DNA of 34,652 bases from contig NC_057719.1 in NCBI RefSeq assembly GCF_004010195.1, positions 42,771,024 to 42,805,675 on the forward strand, given 5' to 3'. A program made the position numbers and the translations under genes. The notes beneath the pieces were generated by a model. That model searched no databases. It was not told the origin of the DNA and saw only the letters and a list, made by a program, of their open reading frames with translations. Each line of letters begins with the position of its first letter. Within the stretch, counting starts at the first letter, position 1. Shown here piece by piece: positions 11,260 through 22,004 of this stretch. This DNA comes from Chiloscyllium plagiosum (Eukaryota).

Positions 11260-11720
11260 TATTCTTTCATTTCTCCTCCTGCTTCAACTAGTGGCTTTGT
11301 CACCACACAGTCAGAAAAAATCCCAGCATTTACTTCTTGTAACATCTCATTTGCCTGAATTCCCACGGGCTTTTCAACCACAGTAGGCATCACTCCCTCC
11401 TTTGATTCAGTTATATCATTCTCAAGGATAAGCTGTATCTCCAGGACAGAGAATTTCTCTATGACTTCTCCCACTACCTCACCACTTTTCACCAGACTCT
11501 CCAACCTCACTTTATACAATGGAACAGTACTCTTTAACCATGAACTCCACATATTACCTCCTTTCCTGGCAATACTCCTTCCAAAGTATATGCCTCCTCA
11601 TTTCTCACCATCAAAAATTGACTTGCTCCTCGATCACTTAAAATTTTAATTTCTTTACCTTTTCCTCCTAGTGCACATGAATAAACGTTACCCACACAGA
11701 TAAATTCTTTTTTATTAATC
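11260..11720 (-). pseudogene. Gypsy aspartic protease region remnant
   Basis: KEIKILSDRGASQFLM (RDTGA-type active site), VPLYKVRLES.VKSGEVV, IQLILENDI, IFSDCVVT. Confidence 0.8.
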
Positions 11721-11968
11721 AATCCTGACCAGGCTGTACATTTGTTTGCAGCATTTTAGCTTCCAGCAGGATCTCTTTTACCTCTTTAAAAAACCCTACT
11801 GCTTATCCTGTTTTTCCACATCTGCTTTCCCACTGCTTTTCTTCAGCCACCATCACTGCGACTTTATGTATCTTACTTTATTACAGTGAAAACACCTGAG
11901 ATTTTTACTTCTCTTCCCCTCTTATGGGTTACCTTTTTAAACTGTGGGTAAACTGACTTTATTATTGT

Positions 11969-12280
11969 GGGCGCCACGGTGGCACAGTGGTTAGCACTGC
12001 TGCCTCACAGCGCCAGAGACCTGGGTTCAATTCCCGCTTCAGGCGACTGACTGTGTGGAGTTTGCACGTTCTCCCCGTGTCTGCGTGGGTTTCCTCTGGG
12101 TGTTCCGGTTTCCTCCCACAGTCCAAAGATGTGCAGGTTAGGTGAATTGGCCATGCGAAATTGCCTGTAGTGTTAGGTAAGGGGTAAATGTCTGGGTATG
12201 GGTGGGTTGCGCTTCGGTGGGGCGGTGTGGACTTGTTGGGCCGAAGGGCCTGTTTCCACACTGTAAGTAATCTAATCTAA
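11969..12280 (+). mobile_element. Full-length HE1-like tRNA-derived V-SINE (young)
   Basis: Pol III A box TGGCACAGTGG (11980-11990), B box GGTTCAATTCC (12024-12034), V core GGAGTTTGCACGTTCTCCCCGTGTCTGCGTGGG, CR1-like 3' end TTGGGCCGAAGGGCCTGTTTCC, TAATC tail; many CpGs retained. Confidence 0.92.
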
Positions 12281-12361
12281 TTATCTTCAATAAGCTCTCC
12301 TTTTCCTTTACTATCTGAGGATTTCCCTTTTCCCCAATTTCTATACCTCACAGATTGAAAT

Positions 12362-13049
12362 TAAGTGGAGTCGCAGGTAGATAGGATAGTGAAGAAGGCA
12401 TTTGGTATGCTTTCCTTTATTGGTCAGAGTATTGAGTACAGGAGTTGGGACATCACGTTGCGACTGTACAGGACATTGGTTAGGCCACTGCTGGAATATT
12501 GCGTGCAATTCTGGTCTCCTTCCTATCGGAAAGATGTTGTGCAGCTTGAAAGGGTTCAGAAAAGATTTACAAGGCTGTTGTCTGGGTTGGAGGATTTGAG
12601 CTGAGGATTTGGAGGGAGAGGCTGAACAGGCTGGGGATGTTTTCCCTGGAGTGTCGGAGGCTGAGGGATGACCTTATAGAGGTTTACAAAATTATGAGGG
12701 GCATGGATAGGGTAAATAGACAACATTTTTTCCCCTAGGCTGGGGGAGTCCAGAACTAGAGGTTATAGGTTTAGGGTGAGAGGGGGAAGATATAAAAGAG
12801 ACCTAAGAGGCAATGTCTTCACGCAGAGGGTGGTACATGTATAGAATGAGCTGCCAGAGGAAGTGGTGGAGGCTGATACAATTGCAACACTTAAGAGGCA
12901 ATTGGATGGGTATATGAATAGGAAGGGTTTGGAGGGCTGTGGATCCAGTGCTGGCAGGTGGGACTAGATTGGGTTGGGATACCTGATCGGCATAGATGGG
13001 TTGGACCGAAGGGTCTGTTTCCATGCTGTACATCTCTATGACTCTATGA
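12362..13049 (+). mobile_element. 5'-truncated CR1 LINE inserted in Gypsy gag
   Basis: ORF 12365-12604 LYRTLVRPLLEYCVQFWSPSYRKDV; CTATGACT tail; closely similar to the 3' end of the 22830-27051 copy. Confidence 0.95.
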
Positions 13050-13059
13050 TGCTGGAGGC

Positions 13060-13633
13060 CAAACTTTAATTTACGAGCTAACTCATAATCATTTGCCATT
13101 TCTGCTGCTAATCTCGTGTTTAACTCTTTGTTCTTCTACACGAGTTCTGACTATTTCAGGAAGTGAAATTTAGAACTCCTCCAAAATAACACGCTCTCTA
13201 AAAGTGTCATATGTCTGATCTATTTTCAATCCTCTTAGACACCTATCAAAGGTACTTTGTTTGATCCTTTCAAACTCTGTATACATTTGATCAAGTTCCC
13301 TCCTTAGATTCCTGAAATATTGTCTTTTGGCATTAGTTCATATGCACTTAAGATGGCTTTTTTCACCTCAGCATATTCCCCAAATACCTTCTCTGATATT
13401 GACTCAAATACCTCACTAGATCTATATGCCAACTTTGTTGAGTCCACAATGTCATTGGTCACTGGCCATTTCATTTGTTTAGCTACTTTCTCAAATAAAA
13501 TGAAAAAGGCTTCTACATTCTTCTTGTCAAACTTTAGCAATGCTTGGACATATTTAAACAGATCCCTACCAGGCTTTTGGTGATGATAGGTTTGCTTTTC
13601 ATCTCTGTTCTCATCAGTACTCTTACCTACCAC
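13060..13633 (-). pseudogene. Gypsy gag remnant with SCAN-like capsid C-terminal domain
   Basis: VEAFFILFEKVAKQMKWP...VKKAILSAYEL, then (frameshift) FRNLRRE...FDRCL...RERVILEEF*ISLPEIVRTRVEEQ...AAEMANDYE. Confidence 0.8.
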
Positions 13634-15704
13634 CTTCGCTATTATATGTCGATTTCCTCTTTCATTGTCAACTTATGAAGTTCAAAAACTCTCAATTTCT
13701 CCCTCTCTTCTATATGTTTCTCCTTTTTTTTATCTGCTAGGGCCATCCTTTCTTTCGAAAAGCCCTATGTTAAATGCATGTTTTCTTTTAAATATCTTGC
13801 TAAAAAGTACTATTCCTCTCTAAAATCTATGTTCTGTTTGGCTGACATATTCATTGCCTTATTTAGAGTATATGATTTTAAACATTATATTGCAAGGAAT
13901 AGTTTTGTCATATTTCATCTATTAACTTTTCCCTTCATAAAATATGGGACTTGCTGAGACTCAGCTGCTGAATCAGAGCCTCCTAATCAGAGATTGTTGG
14001 TTGGATAATAAAGTTAATTGGATAATACCTAATTACATTTTATGAAGCTCAATCAGTGGCAAAGCCTTTTAAAAATTAATCCATAGTGCTGTTTCAAAAT
14101 AAAAATCTCATTCTAACTCTATAATCCCTCAAGTGTGCTGACATTACAACATTGGTCCAATGACAATACTTTGTAAGGAACAGACCACAGCATAGCTGAA
14201 CAGCTGGATCAGGAAATGGAAACAGCAATTTCTAACAGATGTAAACAAAGTCTGTTAAAATAATGGTTAGGATCTTGTAGTTGGATGAAATGTGTTCTCT
14301 TGTGAATCCATTTTGTGCTTTAACTATGCTGTTCGTAATGGATTGGAATGAAGGCTAAGTTTATCCTTAAGGTACGACATTTACAAGATCTTTATCCTTT
14401 ATGTACTTTATGCCTCAAACAATCTTAGGGATTACAGTCCAGTTATTAGTCTTCCATATAAAGATCTGTTTTCTGATAATTTTTCCTACAAGTTTCCTTG
14501 TACTCTTGAATCCATGTCCATTTGGGTTTGTTAAAGGATGGGTCCACCTCTGCTTTCTCTGGTCCATTAAGAATCAGTGAACTGTATAAAGAAGTTTTTA
14601 TTTTGAATGTCCCAGTTTATCTCTAAATATTTCATTTTATTGTTAGAATCCTTTCAGCATGTAATTCAGATCAGGCATTTCTTATTCTCAGTGTAACAGT
14701 TTGGAGCTCTATTTGCTACTTTGGTGTCTTGAAGGCACTGACTCATTCTGAGACACTGTTCCAGAACCATTAGATTTCTAAGTCTCTGTCCTCCACAAGC
14801 AGTACAAGTTTTGCTGTTTGCATGTCTGTTCTATTTCCATCTCTACATTCTCATGGAGAGGTTCAGAATTTATAGGAATTCTCACATTTGCAACGAAGAA
14901 TCACAGACTTCATTTCCATCCCAAAGTTTTGCTTTGAAAGTACATGTTACAAGGTAGGCAGATTTTATTTCTTAGAACTTTAAGTCCACCTTTAGTTTTA
15001 AAGACAACACGTACTGCATGGGTTTGCTTGGGAGAAGTGAAGGTCTAAGACCACTTAAGAAAATGGATCTGTAAAACAGAAAGTGAGTGGGAGAATGGGA
15101 CTAATATCTACAAGAGAGCTGAAAGGCTTTGGAGTCGATGGTCAGAGACTTGAGAGGAGAAAGAGAGGCAGTCAGACAGATTCAGAGAGGGGAAGAAGTA
15201 GTCACCAAGTGACGCTGGGAACATTGTTGTCAGGCAGTTGTGTTTTTTGTTAAATCTTATTTATGTTTCTACATTTGCGATGTAGATTGAAGCAGAGGAT
15301 TCCTGTTGCTGAAAGGGAGTTAAATAAAATATCAAGTTGGTTCATGTTTCTACTTAAAAACAAGCAGAAAATTTGACCTAAAGTCAAAAAATATTTAGTA
15401 CCTATTATGTATCAAATGAAAAATAACATTGGCACTGCATGTTCTGCAGTGCTGCAGACAAGAAGGCCACATGTCACAACATCCTTTATTTTAGTTCCAA
15501 AGTTGCTATTTCAAGATTACCAGTAAAGTATTTTCTCCCTATTTTCTACTGAAATATTTAATCAATTTCACCAAGTTGCATACAATTTTAAGCCCTTATT
15601 GGCTATTTCTCCAAAATGGTGATTGTCCCTAATGTTTACAAATGCAAGGTCACCACTATATATAGCAAGTCAGTTGGCAATACTTTCGTCATTATCTATG
15701 ATTT

Positions 15705-15950
15705 GGAGGAGCTGGTGTTAGACTGGGATGAACAAAGTTAAAAATCATACAACACCAAGAAAGAATAGCTGGTCAAGAAACATGTGATAAATATGTGTTT
15801 AAAAAAACAGACAACACCAGGTTATAACCCAACAGGTTTATTTGGAATCTTGAGCTTTTGAACCTCTGCTTTTTCAACACCTGATGAAGAAGCAGCACTT
15901 CGAAAGCTAGTGATTCCAAAGAAACCTGTTGGGCTATAACCTGGTGTTGT
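15705..15950. mobile_element. Penelope-like terminal repeats in inverted arrangement
   Basis: ACAACACCAGGTTATAACCCAACAGGTTT and its reverse complement flank a hammerhead motif; same family as 4741-4818. Confidence 0.6.
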
Positions 15951-16004
15951 CTGTTTTTTTAAACACATATTTATCACATGTTTCTTGACCAGCTATTCTT
16001 TCTT
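15757..16004. repeat. 93-bp inverted repeat (arms 15757-15849 and 15912-16004)
   Basis: The arms are reverse complements with 2 mismatches; 62-bp spacer. Confidence 0.95.
15878..15912 (+). ncRNA. Putative minimal type I hammerhead ribozyme motif
   Basis: CAC-CTGATGA-A-GAAG-CAGCA-CTTC-GAAA-GC-TA-GTG: complete core, 4-bp stem II, palindromic AGCT mini-helix III, 3-bp helix I CAC/GTG. Transcription and activity unknown. Confidence 0.6.
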
Positions 16005-16625
16005 CTTGGAGTGAAATGGGCCATTTTGGATTCAATGTTCTTTCTAAAGACATTTGCTTAAAGAGATGACAATTATTATGGATTCATAGACATTGAGCAT
16101 CTCATTTACAATGATCAAATAACGGCTTATTTGATGAAGTATTAAGGGAAAATAGAGAAATTTGAATTGTATCTGAAATAAAGACCCAGGAGGAGAAAGT
16201 TGACAAAAAGAACATGATAGGAAAAGTAAAAGGTATGTTTTCATTTTCACTGTTGTTAATCCCTTCAGCCTGCAAGAAAATCAACACAATGTGTCAAATC
16301 TCTGCATTGATTTAGTACATAGTATTCATATCCAAACCCTAGTAATGCTTTAACCTAATTTTCATATGCAATTCAGTTGCTCTATACCCTTGGTATCTTA
16401 GACCAGAGATTATCTTGGTCATCTGCAATGCTATCGAGTATACTACAAGACTAAAAACATTCTATGCTGTCAGACCAAGTGGTTCAGGTTAAAGTTAACA
16501 TCAAGCTAATTCACAATGAATATGTTTACAGAAAGAAACACAAGTGGGAACCAATACCTAACTGTAAGTAACCAATATTTTATTTACACATTATTTAAGC
16601 TGAGCAGAAAACAAAAGAAAATAAA

Positions 16626-16720
16626 ATCATAGAATTCCTATAGTATGGAGCCATTGATTATACACCGACCCATTCAGACCCACTTGCCCAATCTATTCCT
16701 GTAACCCTGCATTTCCCATG
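16626..16720 (-). mobile_element. 3' part of an HE1-like SINE split by a CR1 insertion
   Basis: Minus strand CCATGGGAAATGCAGGGTTACAGG...GGGTCGGTGTA...TTCTATGAT; continues at 18267. Confidence 0.65.
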
Positions 16721-18266
16721 GTATTAGAATGTATGAAGCTAGATAAATCTCCTGGTCCTGACCAGATATATCTAAGAACACTGCAAGAGGCTGGAGAAGA
16801 CATTGTGGGGACCCTGGCTGATATTTTTGCATCACATTAGCCACAAGTGAGGTCCCGAAAGACTGGAGGATAGTGAATGATATGCCATTATTCAAAAAGG
16901 GCTCCAAAGAAAAGCCTGGGAACTATAGACCAATAAGCTTAACATCTATGGTAGTTACTTGAGAAGATTCTGAGGGATAAGATTTGGAAAGGCATGGTTT
17001 CATTAGGAGTAGCCAGGCATGGCTTTGTGAGTGGGAGATCATGCCTCACAAATTTGTTAGCGATCTTTGATGAATTGACCAGGGAGGTTGATGAGGGCAG
17101 TGCGGTAGATGTAGTCTATGTAGATTTCAATAAGGCCTTTGCTAAGGTTCCACATGGTAGACTGCTCTGGAAGGTCAGATAGCATGGAATCCAGGGCAAG
17201 CTGGCAAATTGGATACAAAATTAGCTCGAGGATAAGAAGCAGAAGGTAACAGTAGAAGGATGCTTGTCGGACTGGAGGCCTGTGACTAGTGGAGTGCCTC
17301 AAGGGTCGGTGCTGCACTCATTATTGTTTGTTATCTATATCAATGATTTGGATGAGAATGAACAAGGTATGATTAGTAAGTTTGCAGATGACACTAAAAT
17401 AGGCATTATTGTGAACAGTGAGGAAGGATCTCAGGACCTTGATAAGCTGAAGAAGTCTGCCAAGAAATGGCAAATGGAGTTTAATATAGGTAAGTGTGAG
17501 GTCTTGCATTTTGAAAAGTCAAATCAAGGTAGGAGTTTCATAGTGAATGGTAGGTCCTTAAGGAGTGTAGTGGAACAGAGAGATATTGGAGTTTAGGTTC
17601 ACTGTTCTCTGACAGTGGAGTTACAGGTAGACAGGGCAGTGAAGAAGGCTTTTGGCACAGTAGCCTTTATCAGTCAGGGATTGAGTATAGAAGTTGGGAA
17701 GTTATGTTGCAGTTATGCAGGATGTTGGTGAGGCTGCATTTGGAGTATTATGTTCAGTTTTGGTCACCTTCTTAGTGGAAAGACGTTACTAAACTGGAAA
17801 GAGTGCAGAAGAAATCTACAAGGATGTTGCTTGGACTCAATGGTCGGCATTATAGGGAGAGGTTGGACATTTTTCTTTTGAACATAGGAGACTGAGGGGG
17901 GACCGTATAGAGGTGTACAAGATCATGAGAAGCAATGATAGGGTGAATGCATTCAGTTTTTTTCCCAGGGTTAGAGGACTAGAGGTCATCAGTTTAAAGT
18001 TAGAGAGGAAAGAATAAAAGGGAATCGGAAGGGCAACTTTCATACACAGAGGTGTATATGGAATGAGCTGCCAGCGGAAGTGGTTGAGGTGGGTACATTA
18101 ATAACATTTAAAAGGCATTTGGACAAATACATGGATAGGAAAGGATCAGAAGGATATGAGCCAAGTGCAGGGAAATGGGGTTAGTATGGACGGACATTTT
18201 GGTCAGCATTGACCAGTTTGGGCCAAAGGGCCTGTCTCCGTGCTGTAGGATTTTATGGGTTCTATA
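16721..18266 (+). mobile_element. 5'-truncated CR1 LINE (RT domain to 3' end)
   Basis: DKSPGPDQIY, KPGNYRPISLTS, HGFVSGRSCLTNL, DVVYVDFNKAFAKVPH, SGVPQGSVL, SKFADDTKIG; stops and frameshifts present. Confidence 0.95.
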
Positions 18267-18487
18267 ACCCACCTAGCTCACACATCCATGGACATGGTTG
18301 GCAATTTAGCTTGGCCAATCCACCTAACCTACACATCTTTGGACTATGGGAGGAAATGGAGCACCTGGAGGAAACCCATGCATTCCTGGGGAGAATGTGC
18401 AAATTCCACACGGACAGTCCCCCAGTGCTGAAAACAAACCCCATTACTGTGAAGCAGCAGTGCTAACCACTGAGTTACCATGCCACC
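18267..18487 (-). mobile_element. 5' part (tRNA head and V core) of the split HE1-like SINE
   Basis: Minus strand GGTGGCATGGTAACTCAGTGGTTAGCACTGCTGCTTCACAG...GTGGAATTTGCACATTCTCCCC; aligns with the 11969 copy. Confidence 0.85.
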
Positions 18488-18997
18488 TAAAACCTTAACA
18501 GATCTCTTATAATCTTATCACAAAGTTTTAAATGGGTACATGGATGGTGTAGCAGATCTCTTTTCACTGTTGCACTAAACAATATATATTGCAACTGATA
18601 ATACCATGAAAACTCATCTCAGTAATTCGAAACATAGAATTCAACATAAAGACAATCAAAGAAACTCTTTCTGCTAGAAAGGCCAATGGGTAATTCAATT
18701 CTATTGCTTACTATTATAAATGATGAAGCTGCATTGTAACAGCAATCTTTCAGCCATTCTCATGATTTCATGTTTTTTGCTACCTGATAGATAGGATGTA
18801 GCCATATTATATCACAATCCCAACAAAACATTTCAATACTTTCTTGGCTAAGAATAGTTTTGTTGATGGTTGGTGCACAGCTACATTGACCTTTTGGGAC
18901 TTGTATCAAGTCCAGCCAGAATGGTGAGATCTCTCTCTATCACTGTAAGCAAATCTGTGGGTTGAATTTTGCAGCCTTGACATATTTTCTACTGTGA

Positions 18998-19122
18998 AGA
19001 AGGGCTTATGCCCGAAACGTCGATTCTCCTGTTCCTTGGATGCTGCCTGACCTGCTGCGCTTTTCCAGCAACACATTTTCAGCTCTGATCTCCAGCATCT
19101 GCAGCCCTCACTTTCTCCTCAA
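18998..19122 (+). mobile_element. ~125-bp Penelope-like-derived mini-element with hammerhead motif at its 5' end
   Basis: Perfect 16-bp flanking duplication ATATTTTCTACTGTGA (18982-18997, 19123-19138); begins (TGA)AGA-A-GGGC-TTAT-GCCC-GAAA-CG-TC; matches the terminal part of the PLE fragment at 10597-10712. Confidence 0.8.
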
Positions 19123-20621
19123 ATATTTTCTACTGTGATTTTCTCTGGCTCTTCCACTTGGATTTCTAGCCACTTCAGGCTATCTCAGTCAATTTGGTGA
19201 CCATTTTTGACAGCCCGGTTCTTAAGTTCCTAGACCGGCTGCTACCTATCATGCTTACTAAATTATCATTTTATTTTCTATTGAAATTTAATGCAATCCA
19301 CTTCACTAAATAATCGTTGATAGCTTCCTTAGTTCATTCCATAAATCCTTTACAGACTATCCATAGCATTTTAAAAAAATTAACTACATGTTACATAATG
19401 AACAGCAAAAAAATTGCGGGGCTCCAGTGAAAGGGTGGCAGAGTTTTACAGACTCAAAGGGCAAAATGCCTTCATCTATGCTATGAGTCTAAAAACTTTG
19501 TTGATGCTTCCTATCCGCAAAATCTTATTTTATGTTCACACATTTTCATGATAACTTTGTCAGCTTTTTCTTTATAAATATCTGTGTCTGCATTCATAAT
19601 GGCAAGTTTTTTTTTGAACTTATCAATGTGTAATTGCAACTTAGCATCAGTGGTGGCACTGTTGCATCTCAGGTTTGTACCTCAGCTTGTGCAGCCGGGA
19701 AAGCCCAAGTATTTCTTCTTGTCTGCGGCTTAAAACACTATCAGCTTTCGTTCTCGTTAAATAAATCAACATACATCAAAATGAATTTATTTAAATGTTT
19801 GTTCCAATGTCCTCCAATGTCTAACCCAAATTTATTGAAGACTATATTTAGTCTTGATAATTATGGGAGAATATGTGGCAAATCAACTAGCATTTAAGAT
19901 TGATATTAAAAAAATCTAGAATTTATTTAATATTTCCTTTGCAATATTTCCTTTGACTCACTGTGATGAATGCTACGGGTTTATTATTATCTTCAGTATC
20001 TTCAGTTCTCTCCTTGAACACAATAACTATACTTGTTCTTATTTTGCCAACGAAAAATAATGGAAAATGTTATAATAGGAAAAATCACATGTTAGTTTTA
20101 AATTACCAAATGTTGCTTGATAAGTCAATTAAAACATTCACAATGATTGTTGCAAACATCTTTCTTGCATGTGTTTTCTCAGTGTCTAAAACTTCTACTG
20201 GCCAAAATTGGGTTTACAGGAGAATGAAACAAAAACAAAATTTTAGATTAAGGAACTGCAATTTATCAGGAACGGAGTTGTTTGCACCAGGTTTTATTGG
20301 TAATGATGATGATTGAGTAATGTGTTCATTTTGAATATGTTAGAACATACAACTATGTGAAAACCTAGGCCAATCTGTTGGGGAGTTTCTTGTGTGACAT
20401 ACTTTATGGCACCAACCTTCCACCTATTGATAGAGAACAGCTAGGTCCATCTGAGAGGTGGAAAAAAATTGAAATTGACAAAACCCAAGACAATATTTTA
20501 AATGATGGAATATTATTTGTTACTTATAGCAACAGAGAGTTGTTCCGTTTGTGTCCTTGCTTGTGTTAGAAAACCATAAATATGCTGCATTGTTGAAACA
20601 TTTGACCTTTTTGCTCTACAG

Positions 20622-20702
20622 ATGAAGCCCCTGAGAAACCTAGAGCTTAGAACCTCACATGTGCCGTATGCTAAAAGCCGTAGGAAATGCAGGCACAAAT
20701 GG
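20622..20702 (+). CDS. PLD4: Putative first coding exon of the PLD4-like gene (MKPLRNLELRTSHVPYAKSRRKCRHKW)
   Basis: Strong acceptor CCTTTTTGCTCTACAG directly before ATG and donor TGG|GTAAGA. 81 nt, phase 0, in frame with exon 29032; the other two frames contain stops. Gives a basic cytosolic tail before the TM helix. No transcript evidence. Confidence 0.62.
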
Positions 20703-21875
20703 GTAAGATTACAAGGCCTATATCATAGACTGTTATTTAAGAGTTTGATAGATGTTTACAAAACAGACTAGATCTTTCATTGTTTGAACACCAGTTATTT
20801 GACATTCAAATTATCTGATAGATGAACAGAAAAGTTTGGTGTTTTTAATGTGTTTGGCTTCATTTCTATGCGGAAGCTTTTCCTGTCTCACATGCATGAC
20901 CAAAATGTGGAGGCTGTCTTTTATTCACCAATTACCAGGGTTAATGAAAGATCCATTGTGATGATAGGGAGACTTGAAATTTGCGATCTGAGTTGACAGG
21001 GAAGAGTAGAGACATTTGCCAGCTCTGCAAAGCCGACAGTTCCCTGAGAGATGGGCCAAACGACTTCAGATTGGAAGTAAAGGCTGCTAACTGAGGAGGT
21101 GGGCTGCACAGAAGACCTACCTTGGTCTATTGACACTGTGATGAAGTTTAATAATAAAAACATCCCTCCATCTATCACCCTTCATTCCCCATACACACTC
21201 CCCATGCTCCATCTTTGCCTCCATGCCAACACAGGCCTTCTGCTGACCCCCATGTCTCCAATACTGTCCATGCCAACCTATGCCCAGTTGCCCATGCTAC
21301 ATTATACATTTCAAACCATTGTATGTTCGTTTGTCCATCACCCGTGACTCCTAACAGCTTCTAGACCAATCTATATACCTCTGCCCTTTATAATGCTAAC
21401 TCATGCAAAGTTATTCCTTCCAAACAAAATCACCATCACACCAATCCACCATGACAGGACCCAGGATCCATCCAGAGATAAATTAAAGATCTGTAAAATA
21501 TGTGCAGACATTGCAATATTGAGAAAAAAGGTCTCATTTATAAAACTCATTAGCAACATTTACATTTCTTTAACAAAATCAAGTCTTATGACAACAGATA
21601 TTTCATTAAAATGCATAATCCCTTATCAAAACAAGAAAGTTAACGTTGGAATTCCTTTATTCAGTGAGTCTGTAACTGTTTACAACTGTTCATAAAGCCA
21701 AAACGGAAGGCATCTCATTGTGATGATGGATGGTTGTGTAAACAGCTCATGCAGGGGTAATCTAGTAATGGAACGTCTCCGGCTTAGGCACACAGAGTGA
21801 AATAAAAAAAAACTCAATGCTTTAAAGGGACCAGACATATTTTTTCAAAGATTCAGATGCCAGGAGTTTGAAATG

Positions 21876-22000
21876 CCTTGACAGTTTAACAGCTCCCATT
21901 TTCAGGTGCTTTTGACGCGTCCTCTTACCACTTTTGACAGATCATTTGACACTTCTGAGCAGTCCTCTTGATATTGCCCTTTGACAGCTCCTCTTGACAG
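21876..22000. repeat. Degenerate short-period repeat of TTGACAG-containing units
   Basis: Four exact TTGACAG (21878, 21934, 21981, 21994) plus variants TTGACGC, TTGACAC, TTGATAT; ~13-bp period at the 3' end. Confidence 0.6.
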
Positions 22001-22004
22001 ATAT

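Larger units (their letters stand above)
3743..13750 (-). mobile_element. Decayed Gmr1-like Ty3/Gypsy LTR retrotransposon (gag-PR-INT-RT-RNaseH, 3' LTR present, 5' LTR missing), with multiple nested insertions
   Basis: Minus-strand domains in order: Gag/SCAN (~13633-13060), zinc knuckle CFHCNK (~11900-11850), protease IKILSDRGASQ (~11650), integrase (~11030-10915 and 6716-5500), RT (~5300-4820), RNase H end (~4740-4580), PPT, LTR. Confidence 0.88.

Noticed and set aside
11969..12040. tRNA-like sequence with A and B boxes
   Set aside because: It is the head of a SINE followed by the V core and LINE tail, not a tRNA gene.
15070..15230. Purine-rich stretch with ETS/IRF-like words as candidate PLD4 promoter or exon 1
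   Set aside because: Short motifs expected by chance; no clear donor, TATA box or CpG island.
19697..19706. NF-kB-like GGGAAAGCCC ~0.9 kb upstream of the start exon
   Set aside because: Imperfect single motif with no supporting promoter features.
20950..21870. Possible decayed PIF/Harbinger-type element (faint Myb/SANT-like KFNN peptide)
   Set aside because: Similarity too weak by eye; no paired TIRs or TSD found.
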